A stretch of DNA of 64,000 nt, taken from contig OY776215.1 in assembly GCA_963675495.1 (NCBI GenBank), positions 1,888,001 to 1,952,000 on the forward strand, written 5' to 3'. This document shows positions 1 to 10,096 of this stretch, piece after piece. A program made the translations under genes and the position numbers. A model generated the notes under the pieces. The model made no database searches. It was not told the origin of the DNA and saw only the letters and a list, made by a program, of their open reading frames with translations. The stretch comes from an uncultured Methanolobus sp. (lineage in GTDB: Archaea; Halobacteriota; Methanosarcinia; Methanosarcinales; Methanosarcinaceae). Every line of letters begins with the position of its first letter. Within the stretch, counting starts at the first letter, position 1.

Positions 1-46
1 CGGTGGCGGCTGCAATTCATCATCATGTGGCGGCGGCTGCTGCTAA
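1..46 (+). CDS. 3' end of a gene truncated by the window edge; C-terminus GGGCNSSSCGGGCC*
   Basis: Frame from nt 2 reads GGGCNSSSCGGGCC then TAA at 44-46; family cannot be determined from this fragment. Confidence 0.55.
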   Translation, partial: GGGCNSSSCGGGCC

Positions 47-114
47 GCAACAATTTAATGAACTTAATGAACTAAACGAATTGGGTATTTTACATTCATA
101 TCAAAGGTGGTTAC

Positions 115-465
115 ATGTTTCCGGGAATAGGTGGCAGGGGAATGAACCCTGCAAAAGTTAAGCAGATGATGAAACAGATGGGTATTAACATCACTGACGT
201 AGATGATGTTGAACAGGTCATTATAAGAACAGCTACAAAGGACATCGTTTTCAACGATGCCAATGTCTCGATAATGAATGCTCAGGGTACAGATACCTAT
301 CAGATAGTCGGTACTCCGGAAGATGTAGCCAGGGAATTACAAATACCCGATGATGATGTGAGGCTCGTTGCAGAGCAGACTGGTGTTTCTGAAGATCAGG
401 CCCGTGAGGCATTGAAAGATGCAAATGGTGACCTTGCAGAGGCAATCCTGTCACTCTCATCTTAA
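115..465 (+). CDS. nac: Nascent polypeptide-associated complex protein (archaeal NAC)
   Basis: MNP..MKQMGI N-terminus, NAC beta domain, C-terminal UBA-like DVRLVAEQTGVS..GDLAEAI; GGTGG RBS. Confidence 0.93.
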   Translation: MFPGIGGRGMNPAKVKQMMKQMGINITDVDDVEQVIIRTATKDIVFNDANVSIMNAQGTDTYQIVGTPEDVARELQIPDDDVRLVAEQTGVSEDQAREALKDANGDLAEAILSLSS

Positions 466-827
466 TTCTTTTTATTTCATTTTATTTTTTGGCTTATTTG
501 CGGCTGTTTTTACAGATCTTTCTTTTTGCAACATGTTTTCTTAATTTCTTTTCGGTTTTATTTAAACGTAGTTTTATAAATTTTAAGAGACCAAAATAGG
601 TATATATCAATATCATGATTATACATTATAATTGAAAGTATCTTGCATATTGTCTGTGGTTCTTTCAACGCGGTCCCTTTCATGTCCCGGGGTTCTTTCG
701 TGGGCCTTTGTTTGTTTTTCAAAATGACATGATACGGTTGCCCTGCAAAAAAATGTCCGATTGACCTGAAATATACTTGAGGTCATGGCGAATACCTCAA
801 CGGTAAATAATAATGAAGGGAGTAAAC

Positions 828-2717
828 ATGTCTGAGAATTTTGATGTCAAGTTGGATAGTAAAAGCTATCTTCCCGATCCTTCTGTAAAGGAAAATTCAT
901 GGTTGCAGGATTATGAAACTGCCTACAATGAGTTTTTAAAAGATCCTGAAAAACACTGGGAGAATGTTGCAGAAGAACTTGTGTGGTTTAAGAAATGGGA
1001 TAAAGTAAAGGAATGGAACCATCCGAATGCAAAATGGTTTACAAATGGCAAGTTGAACATCACCCATAACTGCCTGGACCGGCATGTGTTCAATGGCAAA
1101 AGGAATAAAGTAGCCATGATCTGGGTAGGTGACAATGGTGAGGAGCAAATTCTAACATATCGCCAGCTTTATCGTGATGTCATGAGATTTGCCAACGGCC
1201 TGAAGTCACTTGGGGTCGAAAAAGGCGACAGGGTATGCATCTATATGCCGCTTGTTCCCGAGCAGATCATCGCAATGCTTGCATGTGCCCGTATTGGTGC
1301 TGTACATAGTGTCGTGTTCGGAGGCTTCGGTGCCAATGCGTTGCATTCCAGAATAAAGGATGCACAGGCAAAGATCGTAATCACAGCAGATGCAACTCTC
1401 AGGCGTGGAAAGCGCATAGACCTCAAGACACTGGTAGATGAGGCTGTTGTCAACGCTTCATGCGTGGAAAAGATCGTGGTTCTCAGAAGAATGACTCCAC
1501 AACTGGAACTTTTCTCAGAGATAGAAGTCGATTTCCATGAGATAATGGACGAAGTGGAAAAAGAATGTGAGCCAGAGGTCATGGACGCGGAGGATCCGCT
1601 GTTCATTCTCTATACCAGTGGAACTACAGGTCCTGCAAAGGGCATAGTCCATGCATGTGGTGGCTACATGGTCGGTACCTATTATACTACAAAGAATATG
1701 TTTGACCTGAAAGAGAATGATGTCATGTGGTGTACTGCAGACCCAGGTTGGATCACAGGTCACAGTTACATTGTCTATGGTCCTCTTTCAATGGGTGCAA
1801 CGATCCTGATCTCCGAAACAACACCTGACTATCCAGACCCCGGTGTCTGGTGGAGCATGATCGAAGAGTTCGATGTAACTGTTTTCTATACAGCACCTAC
1901 GGCAATCCGCATGTTCATGAGAATGGGTGAGGAGTGGCCTGATCAGTATAACCTTAGTTCACTGCGTGTACTGGGTTCGGTTGGTGAGCCTCTTAATCCA
2001 GAAGCATTCGAGTGGTATTACCGTGTCATAGGCAAGGAGAAATGCCCGATTCTTGACACATGGTGGCAAACAGAAACAGGTATGCACATGCTTACAACAA
2101 CGGTTGGAGAGCCGATGAAACCTGGATTTGCAGGAAGAGCTGTTCCTGGTGTTATTGCTGATGTCGTGGATGAGCATGGCGAACCTGTGCCTGCCGGAAC
2201 AGGTGGTTTCCTTGTCATAAAAGAACCATGGCCTTCCATGATGAGAACCGTTTACGGTAATGACGAGCGGTATGATCAGTATTGGAATACTATAGGGAAC
2301 TATTACATGGCAGGCGACCTTGCAGTAAAAGATGATGATGGATACATAATGATCCTGGGTCGTTCTGATGATGTCCTGATAGTTGCAGGTCACAATATAG
2401 GCAGCGCCGAGGTGGAAAGTGCCCTGGTGTCCCACGAGGCGGTAGCAGAAGCAGCTGTAATTGGAAAACCCGACCCTCTCAAGGGTGATTCCATAAAGGC
2501 TTTCATTATATTGCGTATGGGTTTTAGTCCCAGTGACAAGTTGAAACTGGAGCTTCTTTACCATGTAAGGATGAACCTTGGCCCTATAGCAATGCCATCT
2601 GAGGTCGAGTTTAGGGACTCTTTGCCAAAGACTCGCAGTGGAAAAATAATGAGACGTTTGCTCAAGGCACAGGAACTTGGACAGGATCCAGGGGACATTT
2701 CCTCACTGGAGGATTGA
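828..2717 (+). CDS. acs: AMP-forming acetyl-CoA synthetase
   Basis: [38 protein letters not shown] motifs; ATG 828 follows GGGAG. Confidence 0.93.
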   Translation: MSENFDVKLDSKSYLPDPSVKENSWLQDYETAYNEFLKDPEKHWENVAEELVWFKKWDKVKEWNHPNAKWFTNGKLNITHNCLDRHVFNGKRNKVAMIWVGDNGEEQILTYRQLYRDVMRFANGLKSLGVEKGDRVCIYMPLVPEQIIAMLACARIGAVHSVVFGGFGANALHSRIKDAQAKIVITADATLRRGKRIDLKTLVDEAVVNASCVEKIVVLRRMTPQLELFSEIEVDFHEIMDEVEKECEPEVMDAEDPLFILYTSGTTGPAKGIVHACGGYMVGTYYTTKNMFDLKENDVMWCTADPGWITGHSYIVYGPLSMGATILISETTPDYPDPGVWWSMIEEFDVTVFYTAPTAIRMFMRMGEEWPDQYNLSSLRVLGSVGEPLNPEAFEWYYRVIGKEKCPILDTWWQTETGMHMLTTTVGEPMKPGFAGRAVPGVIADVVDEHGEPVPAGTGGFLVIKEPWPSMMRTVYGNDERYDQYWNTIGNYYMAGDLAVKDDDGYIMILGRSDDVLIVAGHNIGSAEVESALVSHEAVAEAAVIGKPDPLKGDSIKAFIILRMGFSPSDKLKLELLYHVRMNLGPIAMPSEVEFRDSLPKTRSGKIMRRLLKAQELGQDPGDISSLED

Positions 2718-2788
2718 TCTCCTCTTTTTTTTTAAAAATAGTAACAGTTATGAAGTATACACTACTTTAATTAGTGCAGGTGATTACC

Positions 2789-3580
2789 ATGGTAGACTTT
2801 TTTGATATTTATCTTTCAGAGGATTGTCCTTACGGTGATGAGACCACAGAGCTCCTTGAAATAGAAGGTGATGGAAGAATCCGTATAAAATCAAGAGAGC
2901 ACGGGGTTGCTGCATGTATGGATGACCTCGCGTTTTTTTACAAAAAGAACAGTCTTGAAGTCGTAAACACGGTTCCAAATGGTGCGGAGTTCAACCCAAA
3001 CGATGTGATATTTGAGGCTCAGGGTGATCTTCCTACGCTTTTCAAACTCTGGCGGATATCGCAGACTTTCCTTTCAATGGTGTGTTCAATTGCATCAAAG
3101 ACTCGTTTTGCTGTTGAGCTTGCAAGAAAATCAAATCCTGATATAATGATAGCCACAAGTCGCAAAACCCATCCGGGATTTCGTAAATATGAGCTCAAGG
3201 CTGTAAAAACAGGTGGTGGAGATCACCATCGTAATTCCCTTAGTGATTCTATTCTCATAACGCAGAATCATCTGGATGTCATGGATAAACAGGTAAATCT
3301 CAAGGCAATGCGCAAGATAGAGATTGAACCACGGACCACAGAAGAGGCTTACGAGTCTGCTCCGGTGGCTGACATGCTTCTGCTGGATCACTACGAGCCT
3401 CAGGATCTTGAGTCACTTGTGCCAAAACTGCGCGCACTCAATCCCAACCTGGAGATTGCAGTTGGTGGGATAGATATCGGCATGATTCCTGAATATGCAA
3501 AATATGTGGACGTCATTGTGACCACTGCGCCTTATTATTCAAAGCCTCTTGACCTGACTTCTAAAATCAGGCGCATGTGA
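2789..3580 (+). CDS. ModD-like / quinolinate phosphoribosyltransferase (NadC) family protein
   Basis: ED.PYGD.TT N-terminus, TSRKTHPG, HR.SLSDSILI..NH, EIE, LLLDH; AGGTGA RBS. Confidence 0.8.
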   Translation: MVDFFDIYLSEDCPYGDETTELLEIEGDGRIRIKSREHGVAACMDDLAFFYKKNSLEVVNTVPNGAEFNPNDVIFEAQGDLPTLFKLWRISQTFLSMVCSIASKTRFAVELARKSNPDIMIATSRKTHPGFRKYELKAVKTGGGDHHRNSLSDSILITQNHLDVMDKQVNLKAMRKIEIEPRTTEEAYESAPVADMLLLDHYEPQDLESLVPKLRALNPNLEIAVGGIDIGMIPEYAKYVDVIVTTAPYYSKPLDLTSKIRRM

Positions 3581-3771
3581 ATATATAAGGTGGACGTAAA
3601 CTTTATATGTAATTATTCACATGGTTGTGTGTGTAATTCGCATTACCATCTTGAAGAGGTTTGTGTCTCTAGGGGACTTGGGTGACAAGACCTGCTTTAA
3701 GGCATGGCGATGTGTGGTATCGATAAGTAACAATAATTAATTCATTGATTATACAATACAGAGGTACTTAT

Positions 3772-4041
3772 ATGAGCAAAGTGGAACTTTTAGATTTCAG
3801 TGCAACCTGGTGCGGACCTTGTAAAATGCAGAAGCCTTTCCTTGAAAAAGTTGAGGCAGAACTTGGTGACAAGGTTGAAGTTAAGGAAATAGATGTAGAT
3901 CAGAACCAGGCGCTTGCAGGAAAGTATGGCATCCAGGCGGTACCTACTCTTATCATTCTAAAGGATGGGGAAGTAGCAAAACGCTTTACAGGACTTACCA
4001 CTGCGGGTGTCCTCATCGAAGAACTAAATAAGGTGCTTTAA
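3772..4041 (+). CDS. trxA: Thioredoxin
   Basis: DFSATWCGPC active site and VPT cis-Pro motif; GAGGT RBS before ATG 3772. Confidence 0.93.
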   Translation: MSKVELLDFSATWCGPCKMQKPFLEKVEAELGDKVEVKEIDVDQNQALAGKYGIQAVPTLIILKDGEVAKRFTGLTTAGVLIEELNKVL

Positions 4042-4133
4042 GCACCGGTTCTTTATTTTTAGTCTATTTTCCAACGTATTTTTTGAAAAAACGTAAATAA
4101 CTTAAGATCAATCATTTTCGAGGGTTTAGAAAA

Positions 4134-5147
4134 TTGAAGGAACTGATCGATCTTGGTGTCATGGTTTTCAGGGTGAAGAACTCCCGTGGTTCTTTCAAGC
4201 CGCACCTTTCTGTTAAGTTCAAATCTGTTGAAGGGGACCTTGTCACATTTTCTATTGATACTACAAGGACTCCTGCGAAATACCAACAACCTGATGCTTA
4301 TCTTATTACACATGCCCATTCCGATCACAATGGAAAATCCGCAATGTTGTCCGAGCGCGCGGTATGTTCGGACAAGACTGCCCTCGCTCTTGAGATTCGC
4401 CACCAGCGCAAATATGCAGGCAGGATGTTCAAAGTTGGCGAAACTATCGACATCAAAGGCGTAAAGGTGCAGACCTTCCCTAATTTTCACACAGTTGGTT
4501 CAACGTCATTCATGTGGGAAAATGAACTTGGTACAAAGATACTTGTGACCGGTGATGTAAAGGATGCTTCCATGCTCCCTAACTGCGATCTCCTGATAAC
4601 CGAAGCCAACTATGGTGATCCCGGAGACACAAGCTGTTATTTTGAGGATGACATCACAGGTTTTGAGAATGCTTTTAAAGCAGATCCTTCCATTGCTTTT
4701 GGGGCCTATGCATTTGGCAAAGCGCAGAGGGCTGTGGAACTGCTTAGAGAACTTGGTTATGATGGTATAATAGAGATGGACGATCAATCTCTTTCACTGA
4801 CCAGAACTCTCCTTGAGGATGCCGGGGAACTTGCATGTCTCGGAGAGAGCTGCGGAGATTGTATAAGTGTCGTTCCTCCGTGGGACCTGGGTAAACTACC
4901 GTCTCATATTTCTAAATATGTAATGACAGGGCGCAGCGATTATCGCTATCCTGCAATCCAGATAAGTGATCATCTGGATGCCAGGGGGCTTGTGGAGATG
5001 GTAAAGGACATAGACCCTGAATTCACAGTTGTCTATCATCCGAATGGACACCGCCCCGGAAAATTTGCAAATCATCTCAATTCCATCGGATTTAATGCCC
5101 TTTCCATTGATATGATCACTAATGTACTGAGCAATGAATTTGTGTGA
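4134..5147 (+). CDS. Metallo-beta-lactamase fold (beta-CASP-like) hydrolase/nuclease
   Basis: THAHSDH, H-TVGS, TGD, TEANYG, GKAQR, SDH motifs. Confidence 0.8.
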   Translation: MKELIDLGVMVFRVKNSRGSFKPHLSVKFKSVEGDLVTFSIDTTRTPAKYQQPDAYLITHAHSDHNGKSAMLSERAVCSDKTALALEIRHQRKYAGRMFKVGETIDIKGVKVQTFPNFHTVGSTSFMWENELGTKILVTGDVKDASMLPNCDLLITEANYGDPGDTSCYFEDDITGFENAFKADPSIAFGAYAFGKAQRAVELLRELGYDGIIEMDDQSLSLTRTLLEDAGELACLGESCGDCISVVPPWDLGKLPSHISKYVMTGRSDYRYPAIQISDHLDARGLVEMVKDIDPEFTVVYHPNGHRPGKFANHLNSIGFNALSIDMITNVLSNEFV

Positions 5148-5234
5148 TATGCTGTCTGGCAGGATAAACATTTATATAAGTACTGGTTTTTATAGTACCC
5201 ACACTATCCAAGTTGTACCAGGAGATCAGATCAA

Positions 5235-5648
5235 TTGTCCAAATCATCCAAAAAAAAGCAATCAGAGGCTGCATCTAAGCAGGAATCCATTGATATTGCG
5301 CAACCAGCTCCTACTTCATCCGGCTCCGGTAAGGTCTCATTTAAAGTGAGGACTCCGGAAGAAAGGAAAAAAGCTCACATGGAGGGTATCATCAAAACGG
5401 CAGTTGCAGCTATTATCGGTGTAATAGCGGGTATTCTTGCCTACATACAGCTTGGTATTGCTGATGACCCCACTGTGAAATGGTATGCAATACTGACCAT
5501 CGTTGCTGCGCTTTCCTTCTACGCAATGAAACTGGTATTCCCACTATTCAAGATCAAAGTAAAGGAATTCGGCTTTAAGGACTGGTTCTATGTTGAGTTC
5601 ATTGTTATAGATTTCTGTCTGGTAACATGGACACTGCTCCTTAATTGA
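5235..5648 (+). CDS. Three-TM membrane protein, probably archaeal EMC6-like
   Basis: Three hydrophobic segments, KDW.Y..F..W..LLN ending, located directly upstream of RLI. Confidence 0.6.
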   Translation: MSKSSKKKQSEAASKQESIDIAQPAPTSSGSGKVSFKVRTPEERKKAHMEGIIKTAVAAIIGVIAGILAYIQLGIADDPTVKWYAILTIVAALSFYAMKLVFPLFKIKVKEFGFKDWFYVEFIVIDFCLVTWTLLLN

Positions 5649-5699
5649 TCTTCTCTTTTTACCTTTATCTATTATATTTATCACTGACAGGGATTTTAC

Positions 5700-7472
5700 A
5701 TGCGAATTGCCATATTGAATAAAGACAGATGCCAGCCAAGACGTTGCAGCCATGAATGTGAAAAGTACTGTCCTCGTGTAAGGACTGGGGATGAGACTAT
5801 TATTTTCGGAGACGATGGTAAGCCAATAGTGTCCGAAGAGCTTTGTGTAGGCTGTGGTATCTGTGTCCACAAGTGTCCTTTTGAAGCTATAATGATCATT
5901 GGTCTTCCTGAAGCCCTTACAGAACCAACCCACAGGTATGGTCAAAACGGATTTGCCCTCTATGGTCTGCCAATCCCACAGGTTGGCAGGGTCACTGGTA
6001 TTCTTGGACCCAACGGTATCGGTAAAAGTACGGCAGTCCAGATACTTTCCGGCACTCTTGTACCAAATTTCTCACAGGAAAGTGGCAATTGGGATAAGGT
6101 ACTTGAACATTATTCCGGTACAGCTCTCCATGACTATTTCAGCGATGTGATAGACGGCAACATCAAAGTTTCCCAGAAACCGCAGTATGTGGATATGATT
6201 CCCAAGGCCTTTAAGGGAAAGACCAGCGAACTTCTTGACAAGACCGATGAGAAAGGCAATCTTTCGGAACTGGTTGAGCGTCTCAACCTCTCACATGTCC
6301 TTGACCACAAGATAACGGAACTCAGTGGTGGTGAACTACAGAGGGTAGCTATTGCCGCATGTGCTGCAAAGGATGCTGACTTCTACTTCTTCGATGAGAT
6401 CAGTCCTTATCTTGATATCTACCAGCGTATCAATACAGCGCAACTAATTCAGGAAATTGCAGAGGAAAAAGCCGTACTTGTCGTAGAGCATGACCTTGCT
6501 ATACTTGACATGCTTGCCGATGTTGTGCATGTTGCATATGGTGAACCAGGAGGCTACGGTGTGATGACCCACCCTAAAAGCGTGCGTGTTGCCATAAATC
6601 AGTACCTTAAAGGCTACCTTCCTGAAGAGAACGTGCGTGTACGTCCTGAAGCCATCAAGTTTGAGGTTCATCCTCCAAGAGTAGGAGCGGATATTAACAC
6701 CCTTGTGGATTATGACGGATTTTCCAAAAAATATGGTGAAGGATTCTCTCTCTCAACTGATGGCGGTTCACTAAAGCAAGGAGAAGTTCTGGGTATAGTG
6801 GGTCCCAACGGTATAGGTAAATCCACATTTGTAAAGATACTTGCAGGAGAGGTGCAGCCGGATGAGGGTGACCTTGACCTTGACATAAAAATATCATACA
6901 AACCGCAATACATCAAGGCTGACACGGCTATTCCGGTGCAATATTACCTGCGCGGTCTGTCCAGCAGGTTCGACACAAGTTATTATCAGTCAGAGATTGC
7001 CATACCTTTGCAGATAGAACGGCTTTATGATCACCTGATAACAGAGCTCAGTGGTGGAGAACTCCAGAGGGTAGCTATTGCAGCATGCCTTTCGCAGGAT
7101 GCTGACATGTATATTCTTGATGAACCAAGTGCCCACCTTGATGTAGAACAACGTTCAATGGCGACAAAAGTGATCAAAAGGTTTGCAGAGAACAACCGTA
7201 AGACTGCAATGGTCGTTGACCACGATATCTATATGATAGACATGCTGAGTGAACGTCTCATAGTCTTTGAGGGTGAGCCTGCAGTTTACGGTAAGGCACA
7301 CAATCCTTCAAGCATGCAGGATGGTATGAACAAATTCCTGGCAAACCTTGACATAACATTCAGACGTGATGAAGATACTTCCCGTCCAAGGGTAAATAAA
7401 CAGGATTCAAGGCTTGACAGGGAACAAAAAGCCAAAGGAGAATATTACTACCACAATATTATGGATGAGTAA
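5700..7472 (+). CDS. rli: Ribosome recycling ATPase ABCE1/RLI
   Basis: N-terminal FeS cysteines (CVGCGICVHKCP), two GPNGIGKST and two LSGGELQR motifs. Confidence 0.96.
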   Translation: MRIAILNKDRCQPRRCSHECEKYCPRVRTGDETIIFGDDGKPIVSEELCVGCGICVHKCPFEAIMIIGLPEALTEPTHRYGQNGFALYGLPIPQVGRVTGILGPNGIGKSTAVQILSGTLVPNFSQESGNWDKVLEHYSGTALHDYFSDVIDGNIKVSQKPQYVDMIPKAFKGKTSELLDKTDEKGNLSELVERLNLSHVLDHKITELSGGELQRVAIAACAAKDADFYFFDEISPYLDIYQRINTAQLIQEIAEEKAVLVVEHDLAILDMLADVVHVAYGEPGGYGVMTHPKSVRVAINQYLKGYLPEENVRVRPEAIKFEVHPPRVGADINTLVDYDGFSKKYGEGFSLSTDGGSLKQGEVLGIVGPNGIGKSTFVKILAGEVQPDEGDLDLDIKISYKPQYIKADTAIPVQYYLRGLSSRFDTSYYQSEIAIPLQIERLYDHLITELSGGELQRVAIAACLSQDADMYILDEPSAHLDVEQRSMATKVIKRFAENNRKTAMVVDHDIYMIDMLSERLIVFEGEPAVYGKAHNPSSMQDGMNKFLANLDITFRRDEDTSRPRVNKQDSRLDREQKAKGEYYYHNIMDE

Positions 7473-7489
7473 TTTCTTCTCCTTTTTTC

Positions 7490-8290
7490 TTATTTTTTAT
7501 CTACAAGCTCTTTTTTCATCATCTGGTAAAAATCCTCGTAAGCATGTTTTTCTTGCCAGGGGTAATGTCCACAGTTGTCCAGCAGCATGAACCTGAAGTC
7601 CTTGATAACCTTTGAAAGAGGGGCTTTCACTCCTTCAAATGGATGTGGGTCGTGATTTCCGTGAATTGCCATTACGGGGCACTTTATCTGCTCTCCCATA
7701 TTGAGCAATTTTCCGCTTCTTCTCAAATAGCTGGCTTCGTTCCATATACTTCTATTAACATCATGCATAAACCCTGTATTTGTTCCTTCGTAAGGAACGA
7801 AGTCAAAAGAATCAGCAGCTGAAATAAGTTTACCGAATTTTGCAAACACATGATTTTTATTTGTCACAGATGGGTCACTCATACTTGAACTGAGATGCAG
7901 GTACTCTTCTATTTCGCTTTCACTCATGCGTTCAAGTCTTGTTTGCATGATCGTGGAGGCATATCTTTCTTCAAAGGGTCCGCTTGCTACGAGTATTAGT
8001 TTTTTCACATAAGATGGGTAACGTGCAGCAAACATAAAGGCAAGCCATGCACCCCAGGAATGCCCTGTCAGTGACACAGGCAGTTTCCCGTGTTTTTTTA
8101 GCATTCTTCTTAGTTCTCCTATCTGTCCTTCGATACTCATTGATGTCTGCAGCGGTTCCAATACGCCCAATCCGCTCCTTTCTGACAGTCCCATTGCCAG
8201 CTCTGCAACTGTTCCCGGCGCTCCGGGACCTCCATGGATGACTGCAACTGTGTATGGGGCTGTTCCATGTTTTCTGGGATTTGGGTTCAT
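7490..8290 (-). CDS. Alpha/beta fold hydrolase
   Basis: HGGPG, GHSWG nucleophile elbow, HG..D, CGHYPW. Confidence 0.88.
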   Translation of the reverse strand: MNPNPRKHGTAPYTVAVIHGGPGAPGTVAELAMGLSERSGLGVLEPLQTSMSIEGQIGELRRMLKKHGKLPVSLTGHSWGAWLAFMFAARYPSYVKKLILVASGPFEERYASTIMQTRLERMSESEIEEYLHLSSSMSDPSVTNKNHVFAKFGKLISAADSFDFVPYEGTNTGFMHDVNRSIWNEASYLRRSGKLLNMGEQIKCPVMAIHGNHDPHPFEGVKAPLSKVIKDFRFMLLDNCGHYPWQEKHAYEDFYQMMKKELVDKK

Positions 8291-8444
8291 GTTTTATCTC
8301 TGGGATCTTTATGGTTTGTCAGACTTTATATTTCATCCATGAATTAAAAAAGGATATGCTTATATATTATATATATATAAATATATTATGACTGGTGACA
8401 ATGTTAATGTACATTGATACTGTTTTTCCCATGGATGTGGTATT

Positions 8445-9278
8445 ATAGCAGAAACAAAATTCTATAACAACGTAACTGTCCTTGACAGTGTTGACAAAGG
8501 TGATTTTAAAGCAGAGATCCTTCAGTACAATTCTTTAACCGGTAGCAAGGACCCTGCCATTGCAAGGAACCTGCATTATACACAGATGGCAGGTATGCAT
8601 CTGAAACAGGTAAAAGTAACCTTGAATGATAGTGGTGTTATAGTCGAACCGGGTGCTCTTTATTTCCATAAAGGAAACATTAAGTGTGATGCCAATATAG
8701 GTGGTGTTGGCGGTCTTGCAAAGAAGATGCTAAAGAACAAGCTTACAAACGAGTCTGCTTTCAATCCTCTCTACAAAGGCACAGGTGAGGTATTCCTTGA
8801 GCCCAGTTTTAGTCATTTCCTGGCAGTAACGCTGGACAATGGTACTATTATTGTAGACAAGGGTATATTCTACTGTTCCGAATCCTCTCTGGATGTTGGT
8901 GTGGCAAGCCAGAAGAATATAACTGCAGGACTATTCGGTGGTGAAGGCTGGTTCCAGACAAAGATAAGCGGTACTGGTACATGTATTCTTGAAAGCCCGG
9001 TTCCAATGGGTGAAATATTGAAATATACACTTGACAATGAAAGACTTCAGGTTGACGGGAACTTTGCTCTTTTAAGGTCTGATTCAGTAAAATTCAGTGT
9101 TGAAAGATCCGGAAAAGGCATTGCGGGTAAACTAACGTCCGGTGAAGGTCTTCTGCAAACATTTGAAGGGACAGGAACTGTATGGCTTGCACCTACACAG
9201 CCTGTTTACAATTCCATTTCTGCTGGCAGTATTTCATCACTGGCTGCTGCACCTTATAACAGGAACAATCCAGCATAA
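8445..9278 (+). CDS. AIM24 family protein; probable ATA start at 8445 (ORF track starts at 8586)
   Basis: EPGAL, GGEG.FQ, VDGNF, SGEGL.Q.FEGTG.VW motifs; frame stays open 47 codons upstream of ATG 8586. Confidence 0.8.
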   Translation: MAETKFYNNVTVLDSVDKGDFKAEILQYNSLTGSKDPAIARNLHYTQMAGMHLKQVKVTLNDSGVIVEPGALYFHKGNIKCDANIGGVGGLAKKMLKNKLTNESAFNPLYKGTGEVFLEPSFSHFLAVTLDNGTIIVDKGIFYCSESSLDVGVASQKNITAGLFGGEGWFQTKISGTGTCILESPVPMGEILKYTLDNERLQVDGNFALLRSDSVKFSVERSGKGIAGKLTSGEGLLQTFEGTGTVWLAPTQPVYNSISAGSISSLAAAPYNRNNPA

Positions 9279-9314
9279 TAGGAGCTTTTTGCTCCTTTAT
9301 TTTCCCCTTTTTTC

Positions 9315-9647
9315 TCAGCCCTGCTCCTTAGCTTGGTAATTTCTGGCAAAACTAAAAGCCTGATATATGTTGTACAGCCAGAAAACGATCAGTATCAATA
9401 TAGGTATTACAAGATATGATGCAACAATCAGTATAAACGCAATTACAAAATAGTAAGAACCTCTGGCAAAATCTCCGTTGTGCATCTGCCCAAGTCCCGG
9501 GAACACCAGTGAATAGAGTGCGGATCTCCATGGCACCGGTTTATGTTCTTCGTCTTCCTCTACTTCTATAACGTACTTCTCTTCTTCATCTGTCAGACCT
9601 ATTCCCCCATAACTATGTAATAGGTTATAGTTCCCTTTGCATAACAA
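9315..9647 (-). CDS. Small membrane protein with PGLGQ motif (TM2/DUF5683-like); real start may be CTG 9596
   Basis: SLVFPGLGQMHNG followed by two TM helices; GGGGGA RBS at 9608-9603. Confidence 0.7.
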   Translation of the reverse strand: MLCKGNYNLLHSYGGIGLTDEEEKYVIEVEEDEEHKPVPWRSALYSLVFPGLGQMHNGDFARGSYYFVIAFILIVASYLVIPILILIVFWLYNIYQAFSFARNYQAKEQG

Positions 9648-9659
9648 TTTTGCCAGATG

Positions 9660-10076
9660 TTAATTACGTTTTTGAAGGTTCTTTTTTGCTTTTTCGATTT
9701 CAGAAGATGTATTTTGGAGTACGTTTCCAAAGGTTTCCATATTTTGACTTTTGCCTGTACTTTCTTTTTTCATCTTTGTACCTTTTCCAAGGTACCATGT
9801 CAAAAACTCAGTGTACAGTATTATTCCTATAAGAGTGGACCAGAGCATCAGCAATATGTGGAAATTATTTATGGGTACAAGTCCGTTTGCAAGGAGCATC
9901 TGTCTGTATGAAAGGAAAGCCATTGAAGTTCCTGGCATTAAGAGTATAAAAATCAGGGGTGTAAGGAACAGAATAATGAGTGCAAGTCTGGATGACATAT
10001 TGATCAGGACAAAAAGTACTACCACGGCAAATAATGCAAAAAGCATCCCTGATCCTACAAAAGCTAGAATTCCCAT
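9660..10076 (-). CDS. Hypothetical membrane protein
   Basis: Three hydrophobic segments and basic tail; AGGAG RBS; in operon with neighbours. Confidence 0.75.
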   Translation of the reverse strand: MGILAFVGSGMLFALFAVVVLFVLINMSSRLALIILFLTPLIFILLMPGTSMAFLSYRQMLLANGLVPINNFHILLMLWSTLIGIILYTEFLTWYLGKGTKMKKESTGKSQNMETFGNVLQNTSSEIEKAKKNLQKRN

Positions 10077-10096
10077 AGTCTTTTTCTCCTGTTAGT

